Below, piece after piece: positions 1 to 12,329 of a stretch of 64,000 bases of DNA. Made by a program: the position numbers and the translations under genes. A model generated the notes under the pieces. The model searched no databases, was not told the origin of the DNA, and saw only the letters and a list, made by a program, of their open reading frames with translations. Numbering within the stretch: the first letter of the stretch is position 1; every line of letters starts with the position of its first letter. This DNA is from Trichoplax adhaerens (lineage: Eukaryota; Animalia; Placozoa), in assembly GCF_000150275.1 (NCBI RefSeq), contig NW_002060947.1:2717740-2781739 (forward strand), in the 5' to 3' direction.

Positions 1-224
1 CATTATACCATGAGTATCAAGACTTATTATAGAGAATAATGCTAGCAATTTAAAGTTGGGCACTAGAGGAACATTACATTTAGCTCGTCAATATCTAATC
101 CAATTATGAAAGATTAAGCTATTTGCCAATAAATCTAGCAATATGCCAGACTGAGATTATTCGATAATAACGTAGCGAGTTCAATAGCGTCAACCCGGAT
201 AAAAGGGCATGAATTTTTCTATAG

Positions 225-1732
225 TTATTGATCTATAGATAGCATTTGGCGATCATCGAAAGCTTTTCTTGCCTTCTTGAGCTCCTCATTTAAGGTCAAT
301 AAATCCTGAATGTGGAGGAAATACGACAAAGTAATTTATTTAATTTAGGGCATGTATTTAAAGCTGTTGTTTACAAATTTTAAGTATAGCATAATTGGGG
401 GAATACACAAATATGTTAACATATATTGTATTTTACAAATTTAAGTTACCTTAACTCGAGCATATTTTTTCGGATCATTACGAATAACGTATATAATGTC
501 TTCGACGTGAATCTTTCCTTTCTTTCCAACGTTTAAGGCCTTCAATGTCTATTTTAAAATATTTAATATGATCTAAATAGCGAATCAATATAAGCGTAAT
601 CATTCATTATATTAGACACTAGGGGAGACACTAATTCTACAGTATCTCCATACGTAGAGATAAATATCATGTGCTTTCAAACCGTGTCCGATATGAATTC
701 TATCACCATCTCTTCCAACATATCCACTGATTCCGTATACGCAGTAGCTTCATCCCCAAAGCCATACATCATGCACCTAACTTTAGATATTATACATACA
801 ATTATAAATTGCATTCTCTTTGACTCTGTAAGTACTTAACAAGTAAAGGATTCCAAAGTATTTACAGTAAGTTCTTAAAGGGCTTTAAATGCTATTGCCT
901 TGTTAGCGTTTGATTAGCCAAGCAATAAAAGTATATAGTAAAATCAGCTTGAGCAGACAAGTAATTCGAGAGAAGTAAACATTATACAGTGTAGATTTTA
1001 ATTCGATTTCTCTTTAACATGAATTACTAAGTCTTTTTCTGATGTTTTGTACAGACTAGATTTCATAGTGAATGTATTAGCTAATTCTTGTAGACATACT
1101 TCACCGCTCTTTACTTACGTTCTTTATTAAACAGTCTTTTCCGTTTACTTCCACTTTCTGTAGATTCTAAATGCTGTAATGAATATCATATTAAATAAAG
1201 AATAGCTATTTGCCGTTGCGATGGCATGTTTTAAGCGATTTTTCTTATCTAAATCAAAAAGGTCGTATTTACAACGCCAAGCAATAAACGCTACCGACAT
1301 GCTGCCAGAAAATCTTAATACCAAACAACTGCATAATACTATTCAATAAGTATCGTTTCATACTACTCAATTTTCATTTCGCAAGCTTAGACATTTAATG
1401 TGTTACTAGAGACTACCAACTGTATCCTTCAAAGATAATTATAACCCATTGATTAGAATCTAGATTTAACGAATTTTGACGAAGACGAATGCAGCAGTTT
1501 CAGAGAAGTGTAGAGAAAATTGTGCTGAACGCTAGAGAGTGAAGTCATCGAACTTTCTATGTTTACATTTTACCGTATCAGATTTCGATGCTTTCTTGCC
1601 CTAAAGGGAAGAAATTACCGTTAAATTCTTCCATTTTGAGTGTATATATATATATATATATATCAGGAACAATAAAGCAAATTTATCACATTAGATCATA
1701 ACCTGATCATCTGCGTCATCCGTGAGATCCAT
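225..1732 (-). CDS. TAF13: TFIID subunit 13, 5 exons (1703-1732, 1119-1173, 683-780, 450-548, 225-305), 120 aa
   Basis: Manual splicing at GT-AG sites gives MDLTDDADDQHLESTESGSKRKRLFNKELRCMMYGFGDEATAYTESVDMLEEMVIEFISDTTLKALNVGKKGKIHVEDIIYVIRNDPKKYARVKDLLTLNEELKKARKAFDD..., matching the TAF13 histone-fold signature. Exon phases are consistent and the total is 363 nt. Confidence 0.95.
1643..1663. repeat. (TA)n microsatellite in TAF13 intron 1
   Basis: Run of about 10 TA units read directly. Confidence 0.9.
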
Positions 1733-1777
1733 CTCCGATTTTTTGATTTCTTTATGTTTTTCGAGCGTTATTATCTA

Positions 1778-2005
1778 CTGTACTAGTAATATGTCAATAG
1801 CCCGCGACTGGGTCACTTGTTACTGTACTGTACCATCGTAAACGATTGCTGGAGCAAAATGTGCAGTACTGTACAATACAGTACTTGTCATAGAAGAACA
1901 CGGTACTGTACGGTACAGTGTACAGTACAGTATAGTACAGTACTGTACAGTACAGTACAGACTGCACTGTACAGTTACAGTACTACACATTGTCTGCACT
2001 GTACG
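1778..2005. repeat. ACTGT/ACAGT pentamer array upstream of TAF13
   Basis: Dense tactgtac/gtacagta units about 50-270 bp upstream of the TAF13 ATG. Boundaries are approximate. Confidence 0.85.
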
Positions 2006-2377
2006 TTTTTACCTAAATAATAACTGCGATAAATACCTGGACAGTGGACTGGACACCCTCCTCAAATGTCGAAAAATAATTACTCAGTACGGATCTTCCG
2101 GCTCTACTTTCTAATAAATCACTCGTATTAATTTGAAATAGCATTTCTGATCTAAAGTTACTGCTTCCAGGCAAAGCTTAGTAACAGGCAATGGATTACA
2201 ATGTAATTTTATTACTTAATTTAGAAAAAATCAGTAAAGTCATAATCGACTGTCTGCATACTAAAGTATTGTCATAACGAAGTGTTTGATACAATTTGTT
2301 AACCAAATTAGGCTAGTTGTCTGTCCGTCTGAACATGTAACCAAAGATTGATAATGCCGCTCCGTTAAGATTATAAG

Positions 2378-2741
2378 TACTGTACTGTGGTGTTGATTAT
2401 ATTATATATTATTACTGCACTGCACTGTACGGTATGTATGGAGCAATGAATTAGTCAGGAACTCCTAACAACTCCCTACTTTAGCCAAAATTATTATTAT
2501 TAGGCTCATATTAGGAATTTAAATCTTCACTGATGTCATGGTGTGCTTAGTACATAGACTGACCATTTTAAATCAGCTGCACTGCCGAACCCATACAGTA
2601 CCCCCAACACCCAAAGTGTTGACTAATATTAGAACTACCACTAATGATGATCACAGGTACTAACCCGAAAGGGGTGACATTATTTTTTGTACTGTACTGT
2701 ACAGTGTACAGGGACTAGACCTGGTCAGGGACTACTTCAGG
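2378..2741. promoter_or_regulatory. Second pentamer patch with two CAGGGACTA copies (2709-2717, 2726-2734)
   Basis: Motifs read directly. A regulatory role is inferred from similarity to the gene-proximal arrays. Confidence 0.4.
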
Positions 2742-4304
2742 AACAGAAATTTGTAATAAAAATCTTAAGGAATGCAAAGTAAACAAGGATTTATTGCAAC
2801 ATGATAGCTCGCTAATATAATATACTGTTTCGGAATGAATGCAAAACAGTTAAGAAAACAAAGGGTTACGTAATAATTGTAATTATTAACTTTAATACGC
2901 TTAATTTTACGATTAGTAAATTACATGTCAAAATTAGAGCCTGCTGTTTTTACCAACGTCTAAAGTATAATACGCGTACTGCACTAACTATAAATAGTTA
3001 TAATATACGAGTGTAGAAATGATGAAAACGTGTTAAGAACTATGATGCCGACAAGGCGTCAACGAAATCTATATGGACTTTTAGTAGACCGTTATACTTC
3101 AATAACAACTAAAAATTGTGATCAGCTTACTAATCAGGAACACTCCATTGATTTTATAATGTAGTATTCTTAATCAGTAGTTTCAAATTATAGATTGAGA
3201 CGCAATACCACATTTTCTCTAGTATAATTTCTTTGTGGTAAGAATCAATAGTGGTACGTGTTATGTACGTAAGAATACAGTAACCTGTTGTACTGCACAT
3301 TGTGTTAGCATAAGATAAAGGTAATGAATTACTAAGATAAGGGTATAATACATTATTACCGCTATACAGTACTATTTAAATGCAGTAAATCCTAAATAAA
3401 CGAGACTTTCAGAAAGCTTACTAGGAGGAGTGTATCAAAGTCCTTCGTGCTAACGTTAACGACTAAGAGTGGAAACACAACGGCACACTCAACTGATTTT
3501 GATCAAAGAACGATACAGTTGCTATAACTTGAAGATGTAATAACATATTTCTTTAATCTCTCAATAACAGGACGCATTGCATAAAGTCTTACATGAATAA
3601 CCAAATAATGCCTGCATTCAGTAAAATTCACGAAAAAATCAGCAATGTAACGACAATCCGCATAAAGTATATACGAACACAATTTAGTTCAATGGCATTT
3701 TATATAGGGAATTTTATATATTATATTTACTTAATGCATATAACTGTAAATTATGATATACAAGAAAATATTCCGTTCGTTATACTGTACAATCATGAAG
3801 GTTACTACTGTATATATCGGTACGAAATCCTTCAACTTTAGACGAAGATAAAAGAAATGGATATGAATTATGGAGTAGCATTGCCATATGAAACTCTTCA
3901 GCTTAGACATTTAATCTTAAAAATACCCATCTCATCATCTTATCACCTATTATTATCGGGCATCATGGAAATTGATAAAATGAATATTATTCAATATAAT
4001 TGATCTTGGTAATATTCATCTAGAACTGTCAAAAGATTATCACGTAAGAAATTAAGCATTTAAGTACCTATTTAAGTCCATATAGCAAGTGCGATAGTCA
4101 CTCAAAATCCTAATAGCGGTAAATACTCTAAATTAAAACAATGTTGATAAATAATGGCTTAGAAGCCAAATCAGTAATTATTTAAACGCTGAAAGCGAGG
4201 ATAAATGCAGTGTTTGAGGATTGCAATCTTCAAGTATATCTAATACATTATGCGTTATGGATGAGTAATTCAAATTTTAAATCGTTTTTCGTTGAGACCA
4301 TGAG

Positions 4305-6568
4305 TTAGTCTTTTTTAAATAATCGATGCTTTGATTTTATGTGACGTACAAGATCACATAATCTGTCAAAACTGTCTTTCCCACAATGCTCACATTTAAG
4401 TGGAATTTTGTCTCTTGTATGTGATGCTAAGTGCTTTTTTAAGTTACTAGGATCGCTAAATGACTTGTTGCATATATTACAAGATAGTGGTTTTTCACCA
4501 GTGTGAATTCTCATATGGATCTTTAAAACATATTTTCGACAGTATGTTCTCCCACAGTAAGGACACCGGTGACGAGTCGCATTGTTAGTATGGGTTTTAT
4601 AAGTTTTACTGGTCGACATCGCGGTTTGCCGCGTGTTATTCTTGTTGCTTGATGATGGATAGTTGTCTTGATTGATTGCAGCCGTCAGAAACATATTATC
4701 TCTGCTCGATGTTGGAGGAAATGTTGCGGAATGAGACGTTATGGCTGACTTCGTTGTTTTCTTTGAATGGTCAACGATGTTTCTTTGAAGAAGTGAAACT
4801 GCAGAAGACGCATTTGAAGAAGCAGAATTCATTTGATAATAAGGTACAGATCTCATCTCTTCTAAGTCAATACTTTTATTATTAATATAAGAGTTATTCA
4901 TTAAGTGAAGATTGCTAGTCGGTGGACTGCGTTCTAAAGTACAATGAGGGAAATTGGCAGGTCGTAAACAGGGATTTACTGGCGCAACATGACCTTTAAC
5001 TAGATATGAAGGTGCTATTGAAACTAACGGATTACACTGTGTCTTTATAAAATTTAACCAAGTTGCGGTAGCGCATGCATTACTAGAAGGATTAGCTGAT
5101 TTAGTGCGCATAAAATTATTTTCGTTGTATGGATAGCAAGGTAATACACGATTATTCCACAACGATGAATGTTGAAATGCCTTATATCCTGGAATATCAA
5201 ATTCGCCAGGATAATTGGTTATCCTATCAGCCGCTGAATGCAGATGTCCAGAAGACGCTGACTGAACAGGTATCCTAGATGGTATCATAAACATTGGTGA
5301 TTGAGTACTGTCAGAGCCACGGGTCTTTAGTTCCTTAGCATTTTCTGGAGGCGACTTAGAGTAAAGAACAGGGCATTTGCACATTAGGTGCGCTATAAAC
5401 GGATGTAGATATCGATAGGTAGCGTGACATAATGTGCACCAGAAATAATTAGGGCCTAAATAGAAAAAATTTCCAGAAGCAAATGGATAAATAAATAAAT
5501 TCTTGAATTAAAATCTAGATTTCATATGCTTTCAGTCGCCGAAATTAACTCTTAAACTCAGTTAAATTATATTCCCTGTCAAATGCGCTTAATAGATAAT
5601 AACTATATTATGATTTACCAATTATATTCTCTTTTTTTGGTTGAGGGATATCCCATTTCTTTTCCATTTCTTGGCTAAACCAAACTAGTAATTCTTCGTG
5701 GCGAGTAATATCTCTTGTAGTTTTAAAGTGAATTTCTTTAGTGTGTCCATTAAATTGTACTTCGATATTTTGTTCGTCTTTGTTTCTTGCGCAGCTCATG
5801 CACGCCACCCATTCTAACCCGTTCACAATATTACTCGTGCAGATTATATTACCGTTTTTAATCTGTACCTATATTTTTAAGTAAGTAAAAGGTTTATGGC
5901 TCTAACAAATTTATCATAATTACTAGTAGATCCTTTCTATCACCGCATCAGTAATAGATAGTGATGAAATACTATAACATGATGTGTGTACTGTACACCT
6001 TCATACTACATGTACTCACAAAAACTTAGTAGATTACATATTTTTGGTTACATAAATTTACACGATACAAAATCATAAATATGTTTCTGGGACGATTAAA
6101 CCAGGATAAAGTAAATCATCAGTATTGATTTGTTGTAATACCAAGAAATTAAATACCACACGATTTACTAATTTTGTAAGTTTATATTCCTAAATCCGCC
6201 TTAATATGGATAGTTATTTTGATTTGTAAATATTTAACATTTTGCTAGCATAATCCAATTCCTTACTGCCGTCTTTATCGCATATATTTAAAATATCGTT
6301 AGCATCCTTCATGATATTAATAATGCAGTTAATAATGGAGAATAAAAATGAATTATTAAATTCTAAAGGTCACTATGTTACATACTGAGAAACGATCACT
6401 ACTAATAAGCGGAATGAACCTTAAACGTACCTCTAACATGAAAGCAGTTTCTCTGTTATCACTAGCTTTCTCGAAAAACTTTAATTCGTCCTTATATGGG
6501 CCAAATTTTAAGTTATGCGGGATGGACGTCGACGTCCACACACCAGTTTTAATTTTGGATAAATCCAT
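4305..6568 (-). CDS. PRDM13: PR/SET-domain zinc-finger transcription factor, 3 exons (6431-6568, 5619-5868, 4305-5455), about 512 aa
   Basis: PR domain pieces (GVWT..IP..LKFGPY; W...[12 protein letters not shown]; FKTTRDI...EELLVWF), an atypical finger [22 protein letters not shown], and three C-terminal C2H2 fingers with PRDM13-type residues ([41 protein letters not shown]). Phases are consistent. An alternative in-frame acceptor lies 6 nt into exon 2. Confidence 0.88.
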
Positions 6569-6719
6569 TCGCAATTATTTCGTAAGCAGTTTAATAAATG
6601 ATACCGGATGAAAAAAGATTAGGATCTAGATCAGCTCAGATATGAACGTTATAATACTATTACTTGTAGTAACAAATACTGCAATTTAATTTGCTTAGCA
6701 GAAGAGTGGACCAAAATAA

Positions 6720-7105
6720 TCAGGTTTAAATAGTTTACTGCAATACTTGATACATGAGAATCCAGAGCAATATCAAGCACCTGTATATTAGTGGAATGTT
6801 AATTTTATTGTTGACAAAATAATTATATTCTCAATTGTCTTGTTGTTAATTTCTTTTTGATTATTTGTTGACGACAATTAAATCTATCCCTCTTTATTGT
6901 CTTATCATTAACAATTGATTTAAAAATTTAATAATGGCATTCTTTCAGCAAATTGATGTTTTAATAGTTAGATTATCATCTTATCCGATATTCTAACAAT
7001 TAATTACCTGACAATTACCAGTACCACGTCATTAATAAACGGAAGGCAACTGTTTTCTATTGTTTAATTGAGCATCACCCATCTTATGAACATTCTTTCC
7101 CATGA
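6720..7105 (-). promoter_or_regulatory. Putative PRDM13 proximal promoter with a TATA-like TATTTAAA (about 6724-6731) and an ACAAT cluster
   Basis: Located about 155-540 bp upstream of the ATG. Motifs are read directly, but function is inferred. Confidence 0.35.
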
Positions 7106-10100
7106 CTGGTATGTAAAAAAGTAATGAAAGAGTTGAAGAGTCTCCTTCTTATACTCTAGGTATATCGGCATATATAGCATTTCCTACAACTTTGTGGCAA
7201 ATAAAAATCGCATAATTATTGTCGTGTGTTAACTAATGATTTACGTGTATTTTAAATTTTATGCTTTCAAACTTAATGTATTACAATAGTGTATTAAATA
7301 GCAATTAATCATATTCTAGATCGATTAATTTATCATGATGTGACGAATAAATAATACTATTGTTTATTTCTCTATTGATAGAACTAGATACTAATAGACT
7401 GTCTTCTTTACATTATGCATAGGGTTGCTAATAATCAATATCATTGGACTTATATGATCTTAATACGGACGATTTATTCGTACTATAGAAAATTAAAAAT
7501 TTGTTGAATTATTTATAATTTGAACCACCCTATTAATTGAGCTGAGACAACTTTCACTTCTTGTGTAGCCGTAGTAATTCGAAGCTGCTATCGGCCAGCA
7601 TAAAAATGAACGTAAAAATTAAATTTATAGAGTTAAAGCTTATAGTTTTCCAAAAATGTGTTTATCATGACTGATATTTAGAGGAGAGTGCACATAATCG
7701 ATTAATGCTAGGGTAATGAGTAGTGAGAAATGATGAAATTGAAACTTGACGATACATGCTGTACTTGTGGTCGAAATTGTGTAATATAGCAACTGCGCCA
7801 AAGTCTAGATAAATATAAATTAATGTTTATTAATCGTAAAGATATTGATAGTATCATCTATGGGTCATTATTTGAACGCTTTCTGTAAGCGAAATTAGCC
7901 CGTTGACCATTACAGGAAACACATGAAAATTATTTTTGATGATGTTTATGGATGATAAGATTCTTGCAACTGAGCTCTAAAGGCTCTCATCAATTGTTTT
8001 TTGGTGTCTGTTTGTAATTCTGATACTTAATTATATTTGTCATAAAATATTTAAAAATTACGGGAAGAAATGATGAAATCGCTACAGTTAAAGCACGTTT
8101 TTAAACTTAAACTTAATTTACAAATTATTAATTTATGATTAAGGTTCGGATAATGAAATGTTATAATTGCATAGATTTGCGAGTACTAGTAAAGTCTAAT
8201 TAAAGTTAATGTTATCTGCACTCATAATAAGCCATGTTACAAAGATAGAAATTTAATGAAAGAACCTATTTTAGGACTAATCCAATTCAGAAATGCAAAA
8301 TTCAGTATATAAAGAATGAATACTAGGTTATTGACTCAAGCTTGTCCTTTAAGTGAATCTTACAAAGTAATAGTAGATCTTAATTGTAAATGTTTAGATT
8401 TATGCTGACAAGTGTCTTTGTCAACAGTAATTTCAGTAAGTAAAATATTAAATTCTTGCCACCATGAGATTTTTGCTAATATGCCGGGCGTGCGAGTAGC
8501 ATGTCAGTTGTCATATACTGGTAGTATTTCATGATCAAATGATCATATATGCTAAATGACAAACAATGTTTAAAGTAATTAAGAAATAACAAAAGAATTC
8601 GTTGACCAGTAAATCATTAATGCCATGCAGTGTATTTCTTAGACAATCGAGGTAAGGTGTGCTAGATTCTAAAAGCTTTTTGTTGACTAATAGCGATCAG
8701 AAAATGGATTGTCTAACCATTATCTTGGACATATACAATTTTCATCACTATTTGCTAATGGGGTAAGCTAGTTTAAAATCTTAGCTAGTTTAACAGAAAG
8801 TTATTACTTTTTATATTTTGGATTTAAATTTAATAGGTTTTACAAATAACTCCATTTACGAAAAAATCAGCCCATGTTTAATTTAAATAGTGTAAATTAA
8901 ACGCAAATTATCCAAGGGAACACAGAAATTGCTCCATATGTATTACATTACAGTACCGGAATTAAGGATAGGTCGCTGGCTTTACGGACTAAAAGATACA
9001 AATCCTAACAAAGAATACTATATACTTTAAACATTAATCTATGTCTACTATTTATAGTAAAAATTAAGCCAGTGTCAATAAGTTCAAGCGGATAAATTGA
9101 GTAGGAGAATTACAAATTTGGTGAATAGTTTCCTTCCTTATTTTGAGATATACAGGTATCTACATGTTGATTTCACAGTAGCAAGGATATTATATACTAA
9201 TATTCAGATTTCAAAGAAAAACTCGTTCAGGTAAATCATACGGTATATTCCTTAAGATAGGGTAACTCAGTGTCAATCCTTTTTATCTTATATAAACTGT
9301 GGAGATATAAAAAATTTTAATCCATCACGTAAATTACAATGGCCTAAAGAACGAATGTAATTATAATTTAATTATGTTCCTGTATCAGCCCACAAACATA
9401 GACCATCGTCTAAATATAAATATAGCATTGTGAAAGATTAGCAGACTGTGGGTATGTTTTATTGTAGATTTATTTACCGATCGATTTATAACAAATGTAT
9501 TATTTAAACTATCATGGTTAATTGTTATTGATCTCAAAGCAGCTGGTACTTCTTCTAATGCATAGTGTTCTATGCAGGTGCAATCTTGTTACGATAGTCA
9601 TTATGAAGATTTGTTATCTGTTATTTTACTGCACCGTACAATATACTTTTCCTATTTACGTCTTTGCTTAACTTTGTTTCATGTATGGTAAGTAAAGTAG
9701 CGGCTGTACTGTAATGTAGTACCGGTATCTACTAACAGCATGAGAAATTGATTGTACTTTCATTGATTTCTCGCCATTATCAGATAAATCGTTTATTGCA
9801 CTAAAAATACTTTTCAGATTATAGTAGCGATAGCATTGTCTGATAAAGTTCACAAAAGGCAATCAAATATCGAGGTATGTTACCTTCTAATTTCCAAGCT
9901 GCAAGCGACTGAAGTTAGGATTCTAAGATATACAAAACTTATTAAAGAAAGAAACAACTATTGTTAGCTTTAAAGCGACAACAGGTGTATAGTAGAGGAT
10001 GTTATTTCGATAAATTTTATTGCATATTTATTAGCAGTGTATTACGAACTTCTTTTTGTAAGGTTTTCTTGTAATACGAATAAAAGAGTCCACTAGAGCT

Positions 10101-12329
10101 TGAGTACTGAACTGAACTTTATTATAGATATCAGTATCCTTATAAGTAGCGAATAATTGTAATAACTTTCTATATAACGGCTTACCATGAATAGTAATGG
10201 GCACCTTATCACGTCAATCAATGAGATAAACTAAGTTTATGACAAATAATATAAGATAAGAACATATTGTGCTAAAAGTGTTATCTAAGCCCTAATCTCA
10301 AAGATTACAGTTCCAAAATGAAAACAAGTGTCTGCAGTTTAGTCATCAAACATACAGATTTTACGAATTATGACTACGAGTCTAACGTAGTAAATCAATT
10401 ACGAAACTTCTACTTCGTGACGCAGTGATACTAATAAAAATTTTCTAAAGGACAACAGTAATAACTGTAATTGCCATTTATTAGAAAAAATCAGTAATTA
10501 AAGTCGATCTATCATATTTTAATCAAATCTAGTAAACGTCGTCTTTTACGCCTATAGATCTTTTGCATCATACAAGTATAGTGGGCATACGCCTACGTGT
10601 GCAACGCGATTTATCTTTTACATCTACCAATTATCGTTGATCTTCTTAGATCTTGGAGCACCTGTATCAAAGAATAATTGACGGTATACTTAAACTGCAA
10701 AATATAGAAAATTTATGAATTATTAAGTTTCCTTTTATGCACATAGTTAACACTACAGCGATATCATAATCTTTTATACTAAAAATTGGTCATCAATGCG
10801 AGTACATTAAATTTTTAATTTTCTTATGATAGATTGCATCTTTAGTAGCGAAAAAGCTGTGGATTAGCCTACGGGATAATAGTGCTACTAGTGTTTGATT
10901 TAAAATAGCTACTGTTTTACATAAGCATTTAATTGATCAGCTGAATTTGATAGCTTCATAAATTTTACTAGCCATGTGTTAAATAGTCTTTAATCCTTAC
11001 CGGCAAGTAGATTCGCATTGGAATCTGCGAAAATGAACTTTGATATATCATAGGCTCTGGAGATTAGTAAAGATCGTGTTAATGTGAAACGACTATACTC
11101 ATAAATTGGTATTTTATTATGGTTCTATTGCTCGGATAATATTAAATTTGATATGTTTGGTTGCATTATCTATTATAGCGTACTTATATTCCTTTACCAG
11201 GGAAATAGAACGATGAGGTATAGTTTTTTTATATAAATAACTCAACTTCTATGCTATCGGGCATTTGTATGAAAAGGATCATTAACTTATTCGGATAGTA
11301 AACGTATCGATTTGTTTGCTTCAATTTTGCTACAGCAGCAAATACTAACGACCACGTAGTTATACTACAGTTCTGTGATCATCATTATGCATTACAGCCG
11401 CTATATGACGAGCAATGTAGACAGAGTGACTGTCCCTAATGACGGTCACTGGACTGTATAATGTATATTTGCTTATGTTAAAAAATTATTAACACGTTTT
11501 GTATCAAGCGAAGAATAATTGCTTTCACATCTATTTTTACCTGATCTATTAATTTTAAACTGTTTATGGACTGATTGTCCGTGGATTGCTAACTTGTTTA
11601 GAATGATAATAATACGTTGACTGAACCCCTCAAAAGAGATAAAAATATGGAAGTTTTCCGTATAGCTGAAAGAATCTCATCATTTATTACTCGAACTAGC
11701 CTAACCCGCATACTATACCTGTGCGAATGAGATTTCTCATAATAATATAGTAGTTGATATCATACTCAATAAACAATCATACACGTATCGTGAGTAACTC
11801 CTAAGACAATATACTAACCTATACGTAACATAAACACGAACTCATTAAAATAATTCTACCGGACATATTTGAGCATTATTTTAAGGTCATAATTATCGGC
11901 TTTATCATACTGTATATATAATTATATCGAGTTATTATATATTTAAACGATCAGTTAGCTGTAAATAGCTGTATAATATGCAGTATATATGTATTGATTA
12001 GACGGCTTCTGACATCTCTTATCTGAGTATGACTCTTAAAGGCCATCTTCGTCTGTAAACATGAGTAAGAGATTGTAAATGTAATGAATTCATATTATTT
12101 ATACCTTAAGATTGTTAAATCACGGTAATAATTTTAATTTTCACAAATTGTGGTTTGTTGACATTAACTATGTTAACATTATTGCTTATTGTAGAAAATT
12201 TCATTATCGTCTCGTACATCGATCTAATGGCGACGAATTTGGAATCCTGATTAATCATTGCGAAAGCTAACAAAAGAGTTTTTATCTCTACTCTTCATAG
12301 ACCTGAAGCAGCACTATTTAAATGGAATC

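Noticed and set aside
1817-2020. ORFs rich in TVQYSTV/YCTVL (also 15193-15417, 51676-51991, 54979-55398)
   Set aside because: These are translations of the pentamer arrays, which lack stop codons. There is no protein evidence.
6523-6538. 16-bp palindrome TGGACGTCGACGTCCA
   Set aside because: It lies within PRDM13 coding exon 1 (WTSTSI) and is explained by codon choice.
10134-10141. GTATCCTT U12-like donor (also near 1423, and ATATCCTT near 36340 and 44893)
   Set aside because: No flanking exon on that strand and no matching branch point found.
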